Assembly: GCA_963787125.1 (NCBI GenBank)
Contig: CAWBBV010000001.1
Location: 160,001 to 224,000 of the forward strand
DNA: 64,000 bases
Direction: 5' to 3'
Source: an uncultured delta proteobacterium
GTDB lineage: Bacteria; Desulfobacterota; Desulfuromonadia; Geobacterales; DSM-12255
Shown: one piece after another, positions 28,961-39,511 of the stretch
How the letters are laid out: each line of letters starts with the position of its first letter
Position numbering within the stretch: position 1 is the stretch's first letter
Program-made: the position numbers and the translations under genes
The notes under the pieces: generated by a model
The model's input: the letters and a program-made list of their open reading frames with translations, nothing else
Database searches by the model: none
Told to the model about the DNA's origin: nothing

Positions 28961-31174
28961 TTAAAAGTGCACGTTCAGCGCGATATTAAACGAGCGCCCC
29001 ATGCCGGGAACCGGAACTCCCCAGGGGATGCCGTTGGTGGTCATAGACGGACCCTGGCCGACATAGGCCCCACCCAGCGGCAGGGAGTAGAAGCGATTGA
29101 AGACATTTTCGATGCCGAAGTCAAGCCGGGCGTGTTGCCATTCGTAGCTGCTGCGCAGGTTGAGCAGGCTATAGCCGCCGGTCGGGACTTCGTTCCTGAC
29201 GTGCGACACTTCTGTTTTGGCCGCGACGAGTTTCACTTCGGCGGTATTGGTCAGGCCCCCCCGGCGTTGGACTACCGCCAGTTTGGCGTTGAGCGGCATA
29301 ATGTTGTAGAGATTATCGCCCGTGGTCCGGTTCTCGCCCCGGACGTAATTCAGGAGCCCGGTTACGGTGAAACTGCCGAATGTGGCGGTTTCTCCCAGCA
29401 ACATATTCCCTGACAGGTCGAGGCCGTAGAGCTCGGCGGACTGGTTGACATACTGGAGCAGCAGAAAACCGGTCGTGGCGGTTACGTTTGCAGGGCTGCA
29501 CTGGCTGAAGTCGCAGCGGTGTGCATCGATGTAGTCCTGAACATAGGTGTAGTAGCCGGTCGCTTTCAGATCCCAGCGCTTCTTACCGGCATCATGCCAG
29601 TCGCCGCTGACGCTGACGGTGTTGGCTACTTCCGGTTGCAGATCATTGTTGCCGAGATAGCCGTTGCCATCACCGACAAAATTGTTCATCAAGGCTGCCA
29701 TAGCATTCGTTGCCCAGGGGTAGCGCTGGTAAAGATTCGGCGAGCGGGATTTGCGCGCGTAACCTGCCTCGAAAGTCTGCATCGCGCCTGGTGTGTAGCG
29801 CCCCAAAGCGGTCAGATCCCAGTTGTAGTCGGTGCGGTCGTGATCAAGGGCATTGAAGGCGGCCGCATCGTTACCCCAGAGTCCTGCCAGGCTATTATCG
29901 TAGCCCTGCACGGGTCCCGCGTTGGTCCTGACGGTATCGCTGCGCAGACCCAACTGGCTGAGCCACTCTGGATTCCATTGTGCTTCCCATTCGACAAAGG
30001 CATCAATTTTTTCCCGCTGACCGTAGTCGACGTTCCAGAACGGGTTCGGCCCCATTGAGCCGCCGACCGCCGGCCACCAGTCGTAGAGGGTGTAATACTG
30101 GTACTCGGCGCCCAGCCGCAGAGTGTCCCGGTCAGAAAGAATAATATTCCCCTGGAGCAGCGCCCCTTTGGTTTTCCCCTTGGTATCCATCGGCATGCCG
30201 GTTCCGTAGAAGAACCGGTCCGGGCCCATGTCCATTTCGTGTCTGGTGTCCTGATAGTAGCCACGGGCCTCCAGTTCGCCCCATCCATACTGGCCGGTGT
30301 AGCGCAGGCTGTAGAGCGTGTTTTTGTTGTCGGTCATGTCCATACGCTGGTTCGGGAACCCCTCGAAGCCGACCTGCTGCTCGCTCACATTCAGCTGGAG
30401 CACGTGGCCATCGCGGCGCAGCGCCAGGCTGACCGCCCTGTTCTTCGCCCCGTTATAAGCGGAGGACCCAACTTCATCCCCAGAAAGCAGCGGACCGCCT
30501 TCCCGCCCCGGGGCTAAAGGTTTGAAGGACTTTCCGGCAGTGTAATTGTCCGCTTGCGAGCCTGACTCGCTATAGGAGAGATTCAGCCATTGTCCCGCCA
30601 CCGTGGCACCGACATTGTAGCCACGGGCATTGCCATTGCTGCGGTAAAACGTGCCGGCCTGGCCCCTGGTCAGGATATCCTCGCCGGCACGGGCAAACTC
30701 GGGGGGAGTGGACTTCACCTGGATCGTGCCGCCGATGCTGTCGCCGCCGACACTGACCGGCGTGATGCCGGCAAATACCGTGACACTGGCGACCTTTGTC
30801 GGATCGATATAGGAAAGTGCCGAATTCATATGATTGGGACAGGCCGGCATCAACTCCATGCCATCCACCTGGATGCGGATGCGATCATCCGCCAGCCCGT
30901 GAATTGCCGGCAGGCTCGAAATACCCCCGGCGCCGTAGAGGCTCACGCCGGGAATGTCCTGCAAAAGCCGGGCGCTGTCGCTGGTGGTGGACCTCTGTGA
31001 GGCCAGATCTGTTTTGTCAAGAGCGACTGCACCCAGAGACGAGTCCGTGGAGACCTCTTCCGGTGACCCGGAGATGGTAATTTCCGTTAACTCTTCAATC
31101 TTTTCTGCAGCGGCGGCGGAACTGAGCAGAAGGAGCAGTAGAGCGACCGGAATGATGGTTTGCAGCTTCTTCAT
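28961..31174 (-). CDS. TonB-dependent outer-membrane receptor, OprC/NosA-like copper type
   Basis: Signal peptide, plug domain with ACPNHM (CxxxM as in OprC), GN.DL.PE, Met-rich loops, C-terminal Phe. Confidence 0.88.
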   Translation of the reverse strand: MKKLQTIIPVALLLLLLSSAAAAEKIEELTEITISGSPEEVSTDSSLGAVALDKTDLASQRSTTSDSARLLQDIPGVSLYGAGGISSLPAIHGLADDRIRIQVDGMELMPACPNHMNSALSYIDPTKVASVTVFAGITPVSVGGDSIGGTIQVKSTPPEFARAGEDILTRGQAGTFYRSNGNARGYNVGATVAGQWLNLSYSESGSQADNYTAGKSFKPLAPGREGGPLLSGDEVGSSAYNGAKNRAVSLALRRDGHVLQLNVSEQQVGFEGFPNQRMDMTDNKNTLYSLRYTGQYGWGELEARGYYQDTRHEMDMGPDRFFYGTGMPMDTKGKTKGALLQGNIILSDRDTLRLGAEYQYYTLYDWWPAVGGSMGPNPFWNVDYGQREKIDAFVEWEAQWNPEWLSQLGLRSDTVRTNAGPVQGYDNSLAGLWGNDAAAFNALDHDRTDYNWDLTALGRYTPGAMQTFEAGYARKSRSPNLYQRYPWATNAMAALMNNFVGDGNGYLGNNDLQPEVANTVSVSGDWHDAGKKRWDLKATGYYTYVQDYIDAHRCDFSQCSPANVTATTGFLLLQYVNQSAELYGLDLSGNMLLGETATFGSFTVTGLLNYVRGENRTTGDNLYNIMPLNAKLAVVQRRGGLTNTAEVKLVAAKTEVSHVRNEVPTGGYSLLNLRSSYEWQHARLDFGIENVFNRFYSLPLGGAYVGQGPSMTTNGIPWGVPVPGMGRSFNIALNVHF

Positions 31175-31236
31175 GAAGTGTTTTCCTTATTTAAACGTCG
31201 GCCGGAACAGTCACAAAGCCGGGCTTATGATCCATG

Positions 31237-31968
31237 TCAACGTCCTTGCAGCGTGAAGTTGAATGGCTGGAGGGCAACTGATCGTACCGCAATACCATTC
31301 TGTTTTGCCGGGTTACAGCGCCAGGTTTTTACCGCCTTGATGGCGGCCTCATCAAGGCGGGGAAAGCCTGATTCTTTTTTTATAGCCACTTTAACCACTC
31401 GGCCCAATTCATCCAGTTCAACCTGCATTATCGTCTTACCTTGTTCCCCAAGGCGAAGTGATTGTTTCGGATAGGCCGGCGGCGTTCTTTCCGTGCAGCT
31501 CACGGAAAGTTCACCGTTCAGAAGCACCGGCGGCGCTCCTGCAGATTCTGCCGATACGCCGACCGGCCTGGTAACTGCTGACAAACTCACCGGAGATGGT
31601 GCCGGTTGCAGTCCTGCGCCCGATAATGGCAACGTTGTTGATTCTGCAGATACGGTGACCGGCGTCGGCTTTGTCGATACCAGTGACGCTGCTGTCGTCT
31701 CAACCCTGGGCGCTTCTTGCCTGCCCGGTGCCGGCTTCGTTGCGACGGTCTTCGGCACTTCAGCTCTCGGTGCAACCGGTTGCGGTGGCACAACAGTTGC
31801 CGGTGCCCCCGGATTGATAATACTGACGAACACGGCCAGAGCCTCTGATTGAGGCGGGATGATGCGGTAGTTCCACAGGCCGTACAGTACGACGGCATGC
31901 AGGAATAAAGCAGCGGCAATTGCCACAATTTTGTCCCGTTTAAATTGTCGGTCAACGCCTGGATTCAT
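31237..31968 (-). CDS. tonB: Energy transducer TonB
   Basis: N-terminal TM with LH, Pro-rich linker, P.YP..S.RLGEQG, SGFPRLDEAA. Confidence 0.9.
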   Translation of the reverse strand: MNPGVDRQFKRDKIVAIAAALFLHAVVLYGLWNYRIIPPQSEALAVFVSIINPGAPATVVPPQPVAPRAEVPKTVATKPAPGRQEAPRVETTAASLVSTKPTPVTVSAESTTLPLSGAGLQPAPSPVSLSAVTRPVGVSAESAGAPPVLLNGELSVSCTERTPPAYPKQSLRLGEQGKTIMQVELDELGRVVKVAIKKESGFPRLDEAAIKAVKTWRCNPAKQNGIAVRSVALQPFNFTLQGR

Positions 31969-32050
31969 TATTGCCTTTATTGGGAGTTTACCGGCTGTGC
32001 CTTTTGCAGGGACACAGCCGGTGTCTTGATTGTATCAGGGGAAAACAGAA

Positions 32051-32356
32051 TCAGCTGTTATGGCCCTGTACTACTGCACAACCGGCTTTTAGCTCTTCCA
32101 CTAAACGATTGAATTCCGGGAAAGAAAGCAGTGACAGCAGTTCCTGTGGCGGCGTACCACTGAGATTCTCGCGATACATGTCAGCGGGTAAAACCGTTTC
32201 CAGCCGCATGAGTTTAAGAAAACGTTGCTTTTTTGATCTGCTCATGATGATCAACTCCTCTGCAGGGTGCTCCGACAATTTCTGCCATGGGAAAAACCCT
32301 GACGATGAGCATGAGTTCACACAAGAATCACGCAACAGTGCATAGAACAGACGCAT
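32051..32356 (-). CDS. Hypothetical protein (start uncertain)
   Basis: Only ORF filling the gap, co-oriented with the cluster; no recognisable motif. Confidence 0.35.
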   Translation of the reverse strand: MRLFYALLRDSCVNSCSSSGFFPWQKLSEHPAEELIIMSRSKKQRFLKLMRLETVLPADMYRENLSGTPPQELLSLLSFPEFNRLVEELKAGCAVVQGHNS

Positions 32357-32452
32357 CTCTTTTCGAGTCCGGAGGGAAGGCTTTGCAGTCGAAATATTCC
32401 TGCGCCCAAAGGCACTGAAGCAGAACTGCTGTGCAAACCCACGCAGCGGTTG

Positions 32453-32580
32453 TTATTCCGATTCTAAATCAAAGATGAAATCAAGGCGGCGAGGATTGAG
32501 GCAACGAAGCAGTACATCAGTACGCTGAGGAGCCGAAGACAAGCCAACGAAGATAGCGCTTTGATTTAGGTTTGGAATTA
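32453..32580. mobile_element. ERIC/RPE-like palindromic miniature element (~128 bp)
   Basis: 22-bp imperfect terminal inverted repeats (TTATTCCGATTCTAAATCAAAG / CTTTGATTTAGGTTTGGAATTA); internal AAGGCGGC..GTACATCAGTAC..AGCCAACG blocks as in ERIC. Confidence 0.7.
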
Positions 32581-32601
32581 GTCAATCGGTTTAATTGTTG
32601 A

Positions 32602-33189
32602 TCAGGAAAGTATGACTTTCGGCGGGGGGTCAGGAGGATCGCCGTCACGTGAGGCAAGGCGCTCCGGTTGCAGACAGGTGAATTGAGTGACCGCTTGAAG
32701 CGGTATTCCGGGTAAAAACCGGCAAGGGATATGCTGGGCTCTTTCTCCACCGGAAAAAGTCAGATCCTTGCCACTGCCGCAGGGACAGGTGCTGATACTG
32801 ACTGCGTGAGTGTCTTTTCCGGATGATTTTTCCTCTTGAGCCGAGAGCGAAGCTTCATTTTCATGGTCAGCATGTTGCGACGGCTTGCTGCAGCAGCCTC
32901 TGGCAGCTTTAGCTACAGGAAGCGCCGTTGCGGTTGGGCAGGATTTGAGATCTTCGTCATGGTGCAGAGCTTTATCTGCTGCCAGCCTCTTCTGCCAGCA
33001 GCAGCAACTGTGGGAAGCACTTCTTTCCGCAGAGCAACCACAAAGCCGGCAGTCACCGGAACATTCTTTCGCCAGTACCTGCAAAAACGGTTTTGACCGG
33101 GAACTGATTGAAGCAAGCGGAGAGAGGGTGATCAGCAGATAGACTGCTGTCATTATGAAAGAGATACTGCGTAGGTGAAATCTCTTCAT
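32602..33189 (-). CDS. Cys-rich protein with N-terminal hydrophobic segment and C-terminal DPPDPPP (DUF2946-like leader candidate)
   Basis: ECSGDCRLCGCSAERSASHSCCCWQK, CC, CPCGS, ending GDPPDPPPK; paralog of 27173..27655. Confidence 0.75.
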   Translation of the reverse strand: MKRFHLRSISFIMTAVYLLITLSPLASISSRSKPFLQVLAKECSGDCRLCGCSAERSASHSCCCWQKRLAADKALHHDEDLKSCPTATALPVAKAARGCCSKPSQHADHENEASLSAQEEKSSGKDTHAVSISTCPCGSGKDLTFSGGERAQHIPCRFLPGIPLQAVTQFTCLQPERLASRDGDPPDPPPKVILS

Positions 33190-33273
33190 GAAGACCCTGA
33201 TAGGATACAAAGGTAAATAGTACTTATTTCCAATTAAAATAGCAGCTCCCATAACCGGAAGTCAATTGTTGAT

Positions 33274-34680
33274 TTAATTTCTAAGGAATCCAAATGCCTC
33301 TGCCGCCCCCCGGTGGGCGGCGGCAACACAGTCGTTCAGTCCGATTCCTGTATAGGAATTGCCGGTAAGAACCAGTCCCCGATGCTGTGCAAGCAGGCCG
33401 GCAAGAGCCTCAAGCCTTTTCCCGTGACCGACGGTATACTGAGGAATCGCTTTTTCGTGTCTGAAAATACGGATGAAAGAAGGGGGGGCAGAAATCCCCA
33501 TGGTGCGCTCAAGATCGTCTCTGACCCGCTTTTCGACCTCGGCATCGGAGAGCTTGATATACTGGGGGAAGCAGGCGCCTCCCATCATACTACGAAGAAG
33601 CACTTTCCCTTCAGGAGCCCGTCCCGCAAAGATGCTTGAATCCCAGAGTGTACCTAGGGTCGAGAGCTTTTCCTGTTTCGGGATCAGATAGCCGAAACCG
33701 TTCAGATCGGCCTGAATCTTCTCCTTTTCGTAACCAAAGCAGGCGATTGTCATGCTTGAGTATGGTATCTGTTGCAGCACCCCGCTGATAGCGGCATCGG
33801 TCTCTTCCAGAAACGCTGCTGAAGCGTAAGCCGGCGTTGCCAGGATGACCGCATCAGCCTGCAGCTCGCCTCGTGCCGTAATAACCCGCCACGGGACCGA
33901 GTTACCTTTGACAACCTTCACCACCTCTTCACCTGAACGAATAACGGTCATGCCGAGTTCGGCTGTCAGGATGTCGGTAAGATCCTGAATTCCGCCGCGA
34001 AATGAGGTCAGGACACCGGCTGGCCCGGCGGCGCTGCCAACAGCCTTGCCGGCCGCGACTTCAGCCTTTTTTTTCTTCGCCAGACGGATCATCGCCTTGA
34101 TTAGACCGCCATACTCCGCTTCCAGTTCTGCAATCCGCGGGAAGCATGATTTGAGTGACATGGTTTCGGGATCGCCGGCAAATATCCCGGAGACCATCGG
34201 TGCGATCAGCTTGTTGAGAGCCTCTTCCCCGAGTCTGCGTCTGCCGAAGGCTGCCAGGGTTTCGTCTGCATCGCCTTGAAACTGGGGGATAAACGGTTCC
34301 ATTGCCAGGCGAATCTTCCCCGGCCAGGAGATAAGGGAGCTTTTCAGGAATGATGGGCCGTTTTCCGGCAGCCGGTTGAGGATTCCGCCAGAGAAGATAA
34401 AGCGCTTGCGGGCATTGTCGTTACTACGCAGCAGGCGGGAATCTGCCTTCAGGTCGCGGCAGAGATCAAGCGTCTGGGGTTTACTGTCGAGAAAGCCGTT
34501 TGGTCCCCATTCGCAAAGATAGCCGTCATCCTTGATGCTCCAGATCTTCCCACCAAGTCTTGCTTCTTTCTCCAGAAGAGTGATGTTCAGCTCAAGCCCA
34601 TCCGTACGGGCTTTTTCACGCAGTATCCAGGCTGTCGCCAGTCCGGAAATTCCACCACCAACAATAATTACCTGTTTCAT
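33274..34680 (-). CDS. hemY: Protoporphyrinogen/coproporphyrinogen oxidase, HemY type
   Basis: GGGISGL FAD-binding motif, E.GPNGF, GIFAGDP, AIPQY.VGH, GIGLNDC. Confidence 0.92.
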   Translation of the reverse strand: MKQVIIVGGGISGLATAWILREKARTDGLELNITLLEKEARLGGKIWSIKDDGYLCEWGPNGFLDSKPQTLDLCRDLKADSRLLRSNDNARKRFIFSGGILNRLPENGPSFLKSSLISWPGKIRLAMEPFIPQFQGDADETLAAFGRRRLGEEALNKLIAPMVSGIFAGDPETMSLKSCFPRIAELEAEYGGLIKAMIRLAKKKKAEVAAGKAVGSAAGPAGVLTSFRGGIQDLTDILTAELGMTVIRSGEEVVKVVKGNSVPWRVITARGELQADAVILATPAYASAAFLEETDAAISGVLQQIPYSSMTIACFGYEKEKIQADLNGFGYLIPKQEKLSTLGTLWDSSIFAGRAPEGKVLLRSMMGGACFPQYIKLSDAEVEKRVRDDLERTMGISAPPSFIRIFRHEKAIPQYTVGHGKRLEALAGLLAQHRGLVLTGNSYTGIGLNDCVAAAHRGAAEAFGFLRN

Positions 34681-34790
34681 GTAGGTCAGACCTCAATTTA
34701 AATATTTTAAAGAATAGTAAAGCTGCTCCGCCTTTGTGTCAAGGTATAGCAGTCTTCACATGTGCAGGTAGATTGAGGGATTTAAATATA

Positions 34791-34823
34791 AAAGAGGGGA
34801 CAGCCTGTTGGCTGCCCCCTCTT
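34791..34823 (-). terminator. Intrinsic terminator downstream of groEL
   Basis: AAGAGGGGG.CAGCC...GGCTG.CCCCCTCTT stem with T-rich tail on the minus strand. Confidence 0.8.
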
Positions 34824-34871
34824 TCTTACTACGTTTGCATGTCCTGAACGGTGAAAAGGTTGAAAAACCTT

Positions 34872-36566
<1,695 letters not shown>

Positions 36567-36572
36567 CTAAAC

Positions 36573-36860
36573 TTATTCCATGATGCCGAGGATGTCATCT
36601 TCTCTCATAATGAGATATTCCTGACCATCAACTTTGATCTCGGTGCCGGCATATTTGCCGAAAAGAACCTTGTCACCCTTCTTGACGTCAACTGGGATGA
36701 TTTTGCCATCTTCGGTTTTCTTGCCGTTGCCAACAGCAACTACTTCGCCCTTCATCGGCTTTTCTTTTGCTGTTTCCGGAATGAAGATTCCGCCTGCAGT
36801 CATTGTCTCTTCTTCGAGCCTCTTAACGATAATACGATCCTGCAATGGTCTGAGATTCAT
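36573..36860 (-). CDS. groS: Co-chaperonin GroES
   Basis: [29 protein letters not shown]. Confidence 0.98.
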   Translation of the reverse strand: MNLRPLQDRIIVKRLEEETMTAGGIFIPETAKEKPMKGEVVAVGNGKKTEDGKIIPVDVKKGDKVLFGKYAGTEIKVDGQEYLIMREDDILGIME

Positions 36861-36910
36861 GCTTTTCTTTCTCCTTTCTTTGTGTGAAATAAGCTGGTTA
36901 CCAATGAAAA

Positions 36911-36937
36911 TTAGCACTCAAGGCTTCTGAGTGCTAA
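36911..36937. promoter_or_regulatory. CIRCE element (HrcA operator)
   Basis: Perfect TTAGCACTC-N9-GAGTGCTAA upstream of groES. Confidence 0.97.
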
Positions 36938-36946
36938 CTGGTATGC

Positions 36947-36975
36947 AATATAAACAGCCTGACCGGAAAAATCAA
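36947..36975 (-). promoter_or_regulatory. Putative groESL promoter
   Basis: Minus strand TTGATT-N17-TATATT immediately upstream of CIRCE. Confidence 0.65.
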
Positions 36976-36993
36976 GGGGCGTCTGGAAAAAAA

Positions 36994-39384
36994 TTATACG
37001 AGCCCTTGTAAAAAGTTAAACGGCGAGGTTTCCGGAAGCTCTCTCCCCCCGGAATAGGCGGCAAGAGCTCTCTCCTGTTCATTCTTATCGAGTCCGGAGA
37101 GGTCAACAATGAAAGAACTGCACCCCATGGCCTGCAGTTTTTCCCGAAACTGGATAATGGAGAATCTTTTTGTCGGGGTAATCTGGGTCAGTCCGTCACG
37201 CACAGTCACCCGATAACCATCCCCCCTGTCAGAGAGCACCGGCGCATCGTTTTTCACACTTTTTATGGCGATTTTCGAAGTTATTGCCGGGATTTCACAA
37301 TGCAGAATCACTCTGCGCAGCATCGGCAGGTCAGCAGCCAGCAGTCTGGAGAGATTTTCAGCATCATCCTCGATATAGAGAGTCGAAGCAACAGCGCCCA
37401 AAGCGCTCCACTCCAGCAGAGCCAGGCTGTTCAGAGAAAACAGACGATAATCGGTAGAAATCTCAACCGGCTTGGCGGCAAGGTGCAGATGTTCGCGGAT
37501 AATTCTGAAATGGGAGATATTTGCCGCCTCGAAACGATTGAAGCCCGACTCGATAAGCCACCTGACGGCGTCGCTGTACCAAGGGATATCCTGGTCAAAA
37601 ATCATAAAGGGGAGGAGCCAGAGAATCTTCTCTTCTTTTCCCCGCAGGCGCCTGCTTATCTGCTGCAATTGATGGAGATTCGCCCGTGAAAGTGGCAGCG
37701 ACACGGCGTCCACCCCTTCGCGGTGGAGCAGATGAAGATCGGCACCTTTTTCCAGCCGTACAATCAGCTCCGGCCGCCTGGAGACAACCGGCTGCCTTTT
37801 CCCCGGCAGCGACTGGAGGGCTTTCCTTTTGCGCTCCAGCCGCTCTTTTTCGAGTTTTGGCACTATCCGGGTCGCCAGCTGATCATAAAAATCCCGCTTG
37901 ATCTCTTTCAAGGTTGCCGGCGGAATCATAACTGCAGGAAACTCCGGCGCTGACAATTCCCCGAGGGAAAAGCGGGTATCTCCGGACTTGGCAAACTGGC
38001 TTCGCAGCACCTCTTCCATATCTCCGGTTCGGGAAAGTTCCAGTCCGGCAAGCGGAAAGGATACCACCTCTTCCAGCCTGCCGACTCTGGCAGCGATGAC
38101 CAGCAGGTCATCTTTAAGGGAGAACTCCAGGTCGCAGGCAAGCTTTCTCCCTTTGACGGCTTCAAGTCGCTTGCTGCAGGCATTTTCGCTCAAAGTGAAG
38201 GCGGTTTCCGAAGACACCTTGAAGATGGCATCGCCGACAGTCGCCTCAAACGGGGAGGTTACGGAGATTCTCGATTTTTCCGGGGCAGCCTTGACCGGGC
38301 GGTTATCGATAAATATCTCCCTGACGGTGAAAGCTTTACCGGCCATGTCACTTTTTGGCTGAATCCTTATCCGGTCACCGATATGGAGCCGATCCCGGCT
38401 CTCAAAATTTATCCTGCCGGCGCGAAGTGATTTTATTTCCCCAAGGAACCTTCCGGTGGCGCCCCTTAAAGAAGGTGTAGCAATATCACTCGGTGCATGG
38501 GAGGCAAGAAACCCTTTTGTCGGCACCCGGCCGTAGGAGGTCTTGATCAACTCCCGTGCTTCGACCAGTGCCGCCGGCAGCGTTGCCGGAACGGCATCAA
38601 TCACCTTACGGTAAGCGCCGACAATAGAAGCAACATATTCCGCCGACTTCATTCTCCCTTCAATTTTCAAGGATTCAACGCCCGCAGCTACCAGCTGCGG
38701 GATCATGTCAATGCTGGAAAAATCGTTGGTGGAGAAATAATACCCCTCTTTCCCTTTATATTTGTACTGTCGCCGGCAGGGCTGGGCGCAACGTCCCCGA
38801 TTGCCACTGTGTCCACCCAGAAAAGAGGAAAAGTAGCACTGGCCGGAAACAGAGAAACAGAGCGCTCCATGGACAAAGCATTCAATGCCGACCGGGCTAC
38901 CTGCAACAATCCGGCTGATCTCGTCAAGATGCAGTTCTCTGGCCAGAACCACCCGCTCAAAACCGAGTTCCGCCAGCTGAAGTACCCCGGCGGTATTGTG
39001 CACCGTCATCTGCGTGGATGCATGGAGCGGAATTGAGGGGAAGAATTCTCGCACCAGCCTGGCGACTGCCATATCCTGAATAATGACCGCGTCTACGCCA
39101 ATAGCTTCGAGCGAGCAGAGAGTATCGACGAGCAGCGGGAGTTCCGGTTCCTTTATGATCGTGTTAAGGGTTACATAGAGTTTTTTCTGGAGAGAGTGGG
39201 CATAGCCGGTCATCTTCTCCATCTGATACAGAGTAAAGTTTTTGGCTTTTGCTCTGGCGGAAAACTCTTTCAGCCCTGCATAAACTGCGTCTGCACCCTT
39301 TTCCATGGCAGCAAAGAACGCTTCAAGTGAACCGGCAGGCGCAAGCAGTTCCGGTCTGGCTGGTGCTTTGATTTGATTTTTCAT
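36994..39384 (-). CDS. U32 peptidase family protein, long form (RlhA-like RNA hydroxylase)
   Basis: ELLAPAGS, GADAVY.G, HASTQM, HGALC..SG.C, NRGRCAQPCR, LKIEGRMK. Confidence 0.88.
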   Translation of the reverse strand: MKNQIKAPARPELLAPAGSLEAFFAAMEKGADAVYAGLKEFSARAKAKNFTLYQMEKMTGYAHSLQKKLYVTLNTIIKEPELPLLVDTLCSLEAIGVDAVIIQDMAVARLVREFFPSIPLHASTQMTVHNTAGVLQLAELGFERVVLARELHLDEISRIVAGSPVGIECFVHGALCFSVSGQCYFSSFLGGHSGNRGRCAQPCRRQYKYKGKEGYYFSTNDFSSIDMIPQLVAAGVESLKIEGRMKSAEYVASIVGAYRKVIDAVPATLPAALVEARELIKTSYGRVPTKGFLASHAPSDIATPSLRGATGRFLGEIKSLRAGRINFESRDRLHIGDRIRIQPKSDMAGKAFTVREIFIDNRPVKAAPEKSRISVTSPFEATVGDAIFKVSSETAFTLSENACSKRLEAVKGRKLACDLEFSLKDDLLVIAARVGRLEEVVSFPLAGLELSRTGDMEEVLRSQFAKSGDTRFSLGELSAPEFPAVMIPPATLKEIKRDFYDQLATRIVPKLEKERLERKRKALQSLPGKRQPVVSRRPELIVRLEKGADLHLLHREGVDAVSLPLSRANLHQLQQISRRLRGKEEKILWLLPFMIFDQDIPWYSDAVRWLIESGFNRFEAANISHFRIIREHLHLAAKPVEISTDYRLFSLNSLALLEWSALGAVASTLYIEDDAENLSRLLAADLPMLRRVILHCEIPAITSKIAIKSVKNDAPVLSDRGDGYRVTVRDGLTQITPTKRFSIIQFREKLQAMGCSSFIVDLSGLDKNEQERALAAYSGGRELPETSPFNFLQGLV

Positions 39385-39511
39385 GTCTAACAGGGTAACG
39401 GAAAGTCATCCGCTGCGTCAAGCGGCTTGAACCTTTTTACAAACTCACACTTGTTGAACTGCGGCTTTACTGTTAGACTCTCTTGACATCTATCCGGAAA
39501 GGTTGCTGATT

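Noticed and set aside
32360..32450. GCAAAGCC segment suggestive of a GEMM cyclic-dinucleotide riboswitch
   Set aside because: Lacks the GNRA tetraloop/receptor two-hairpin architecture
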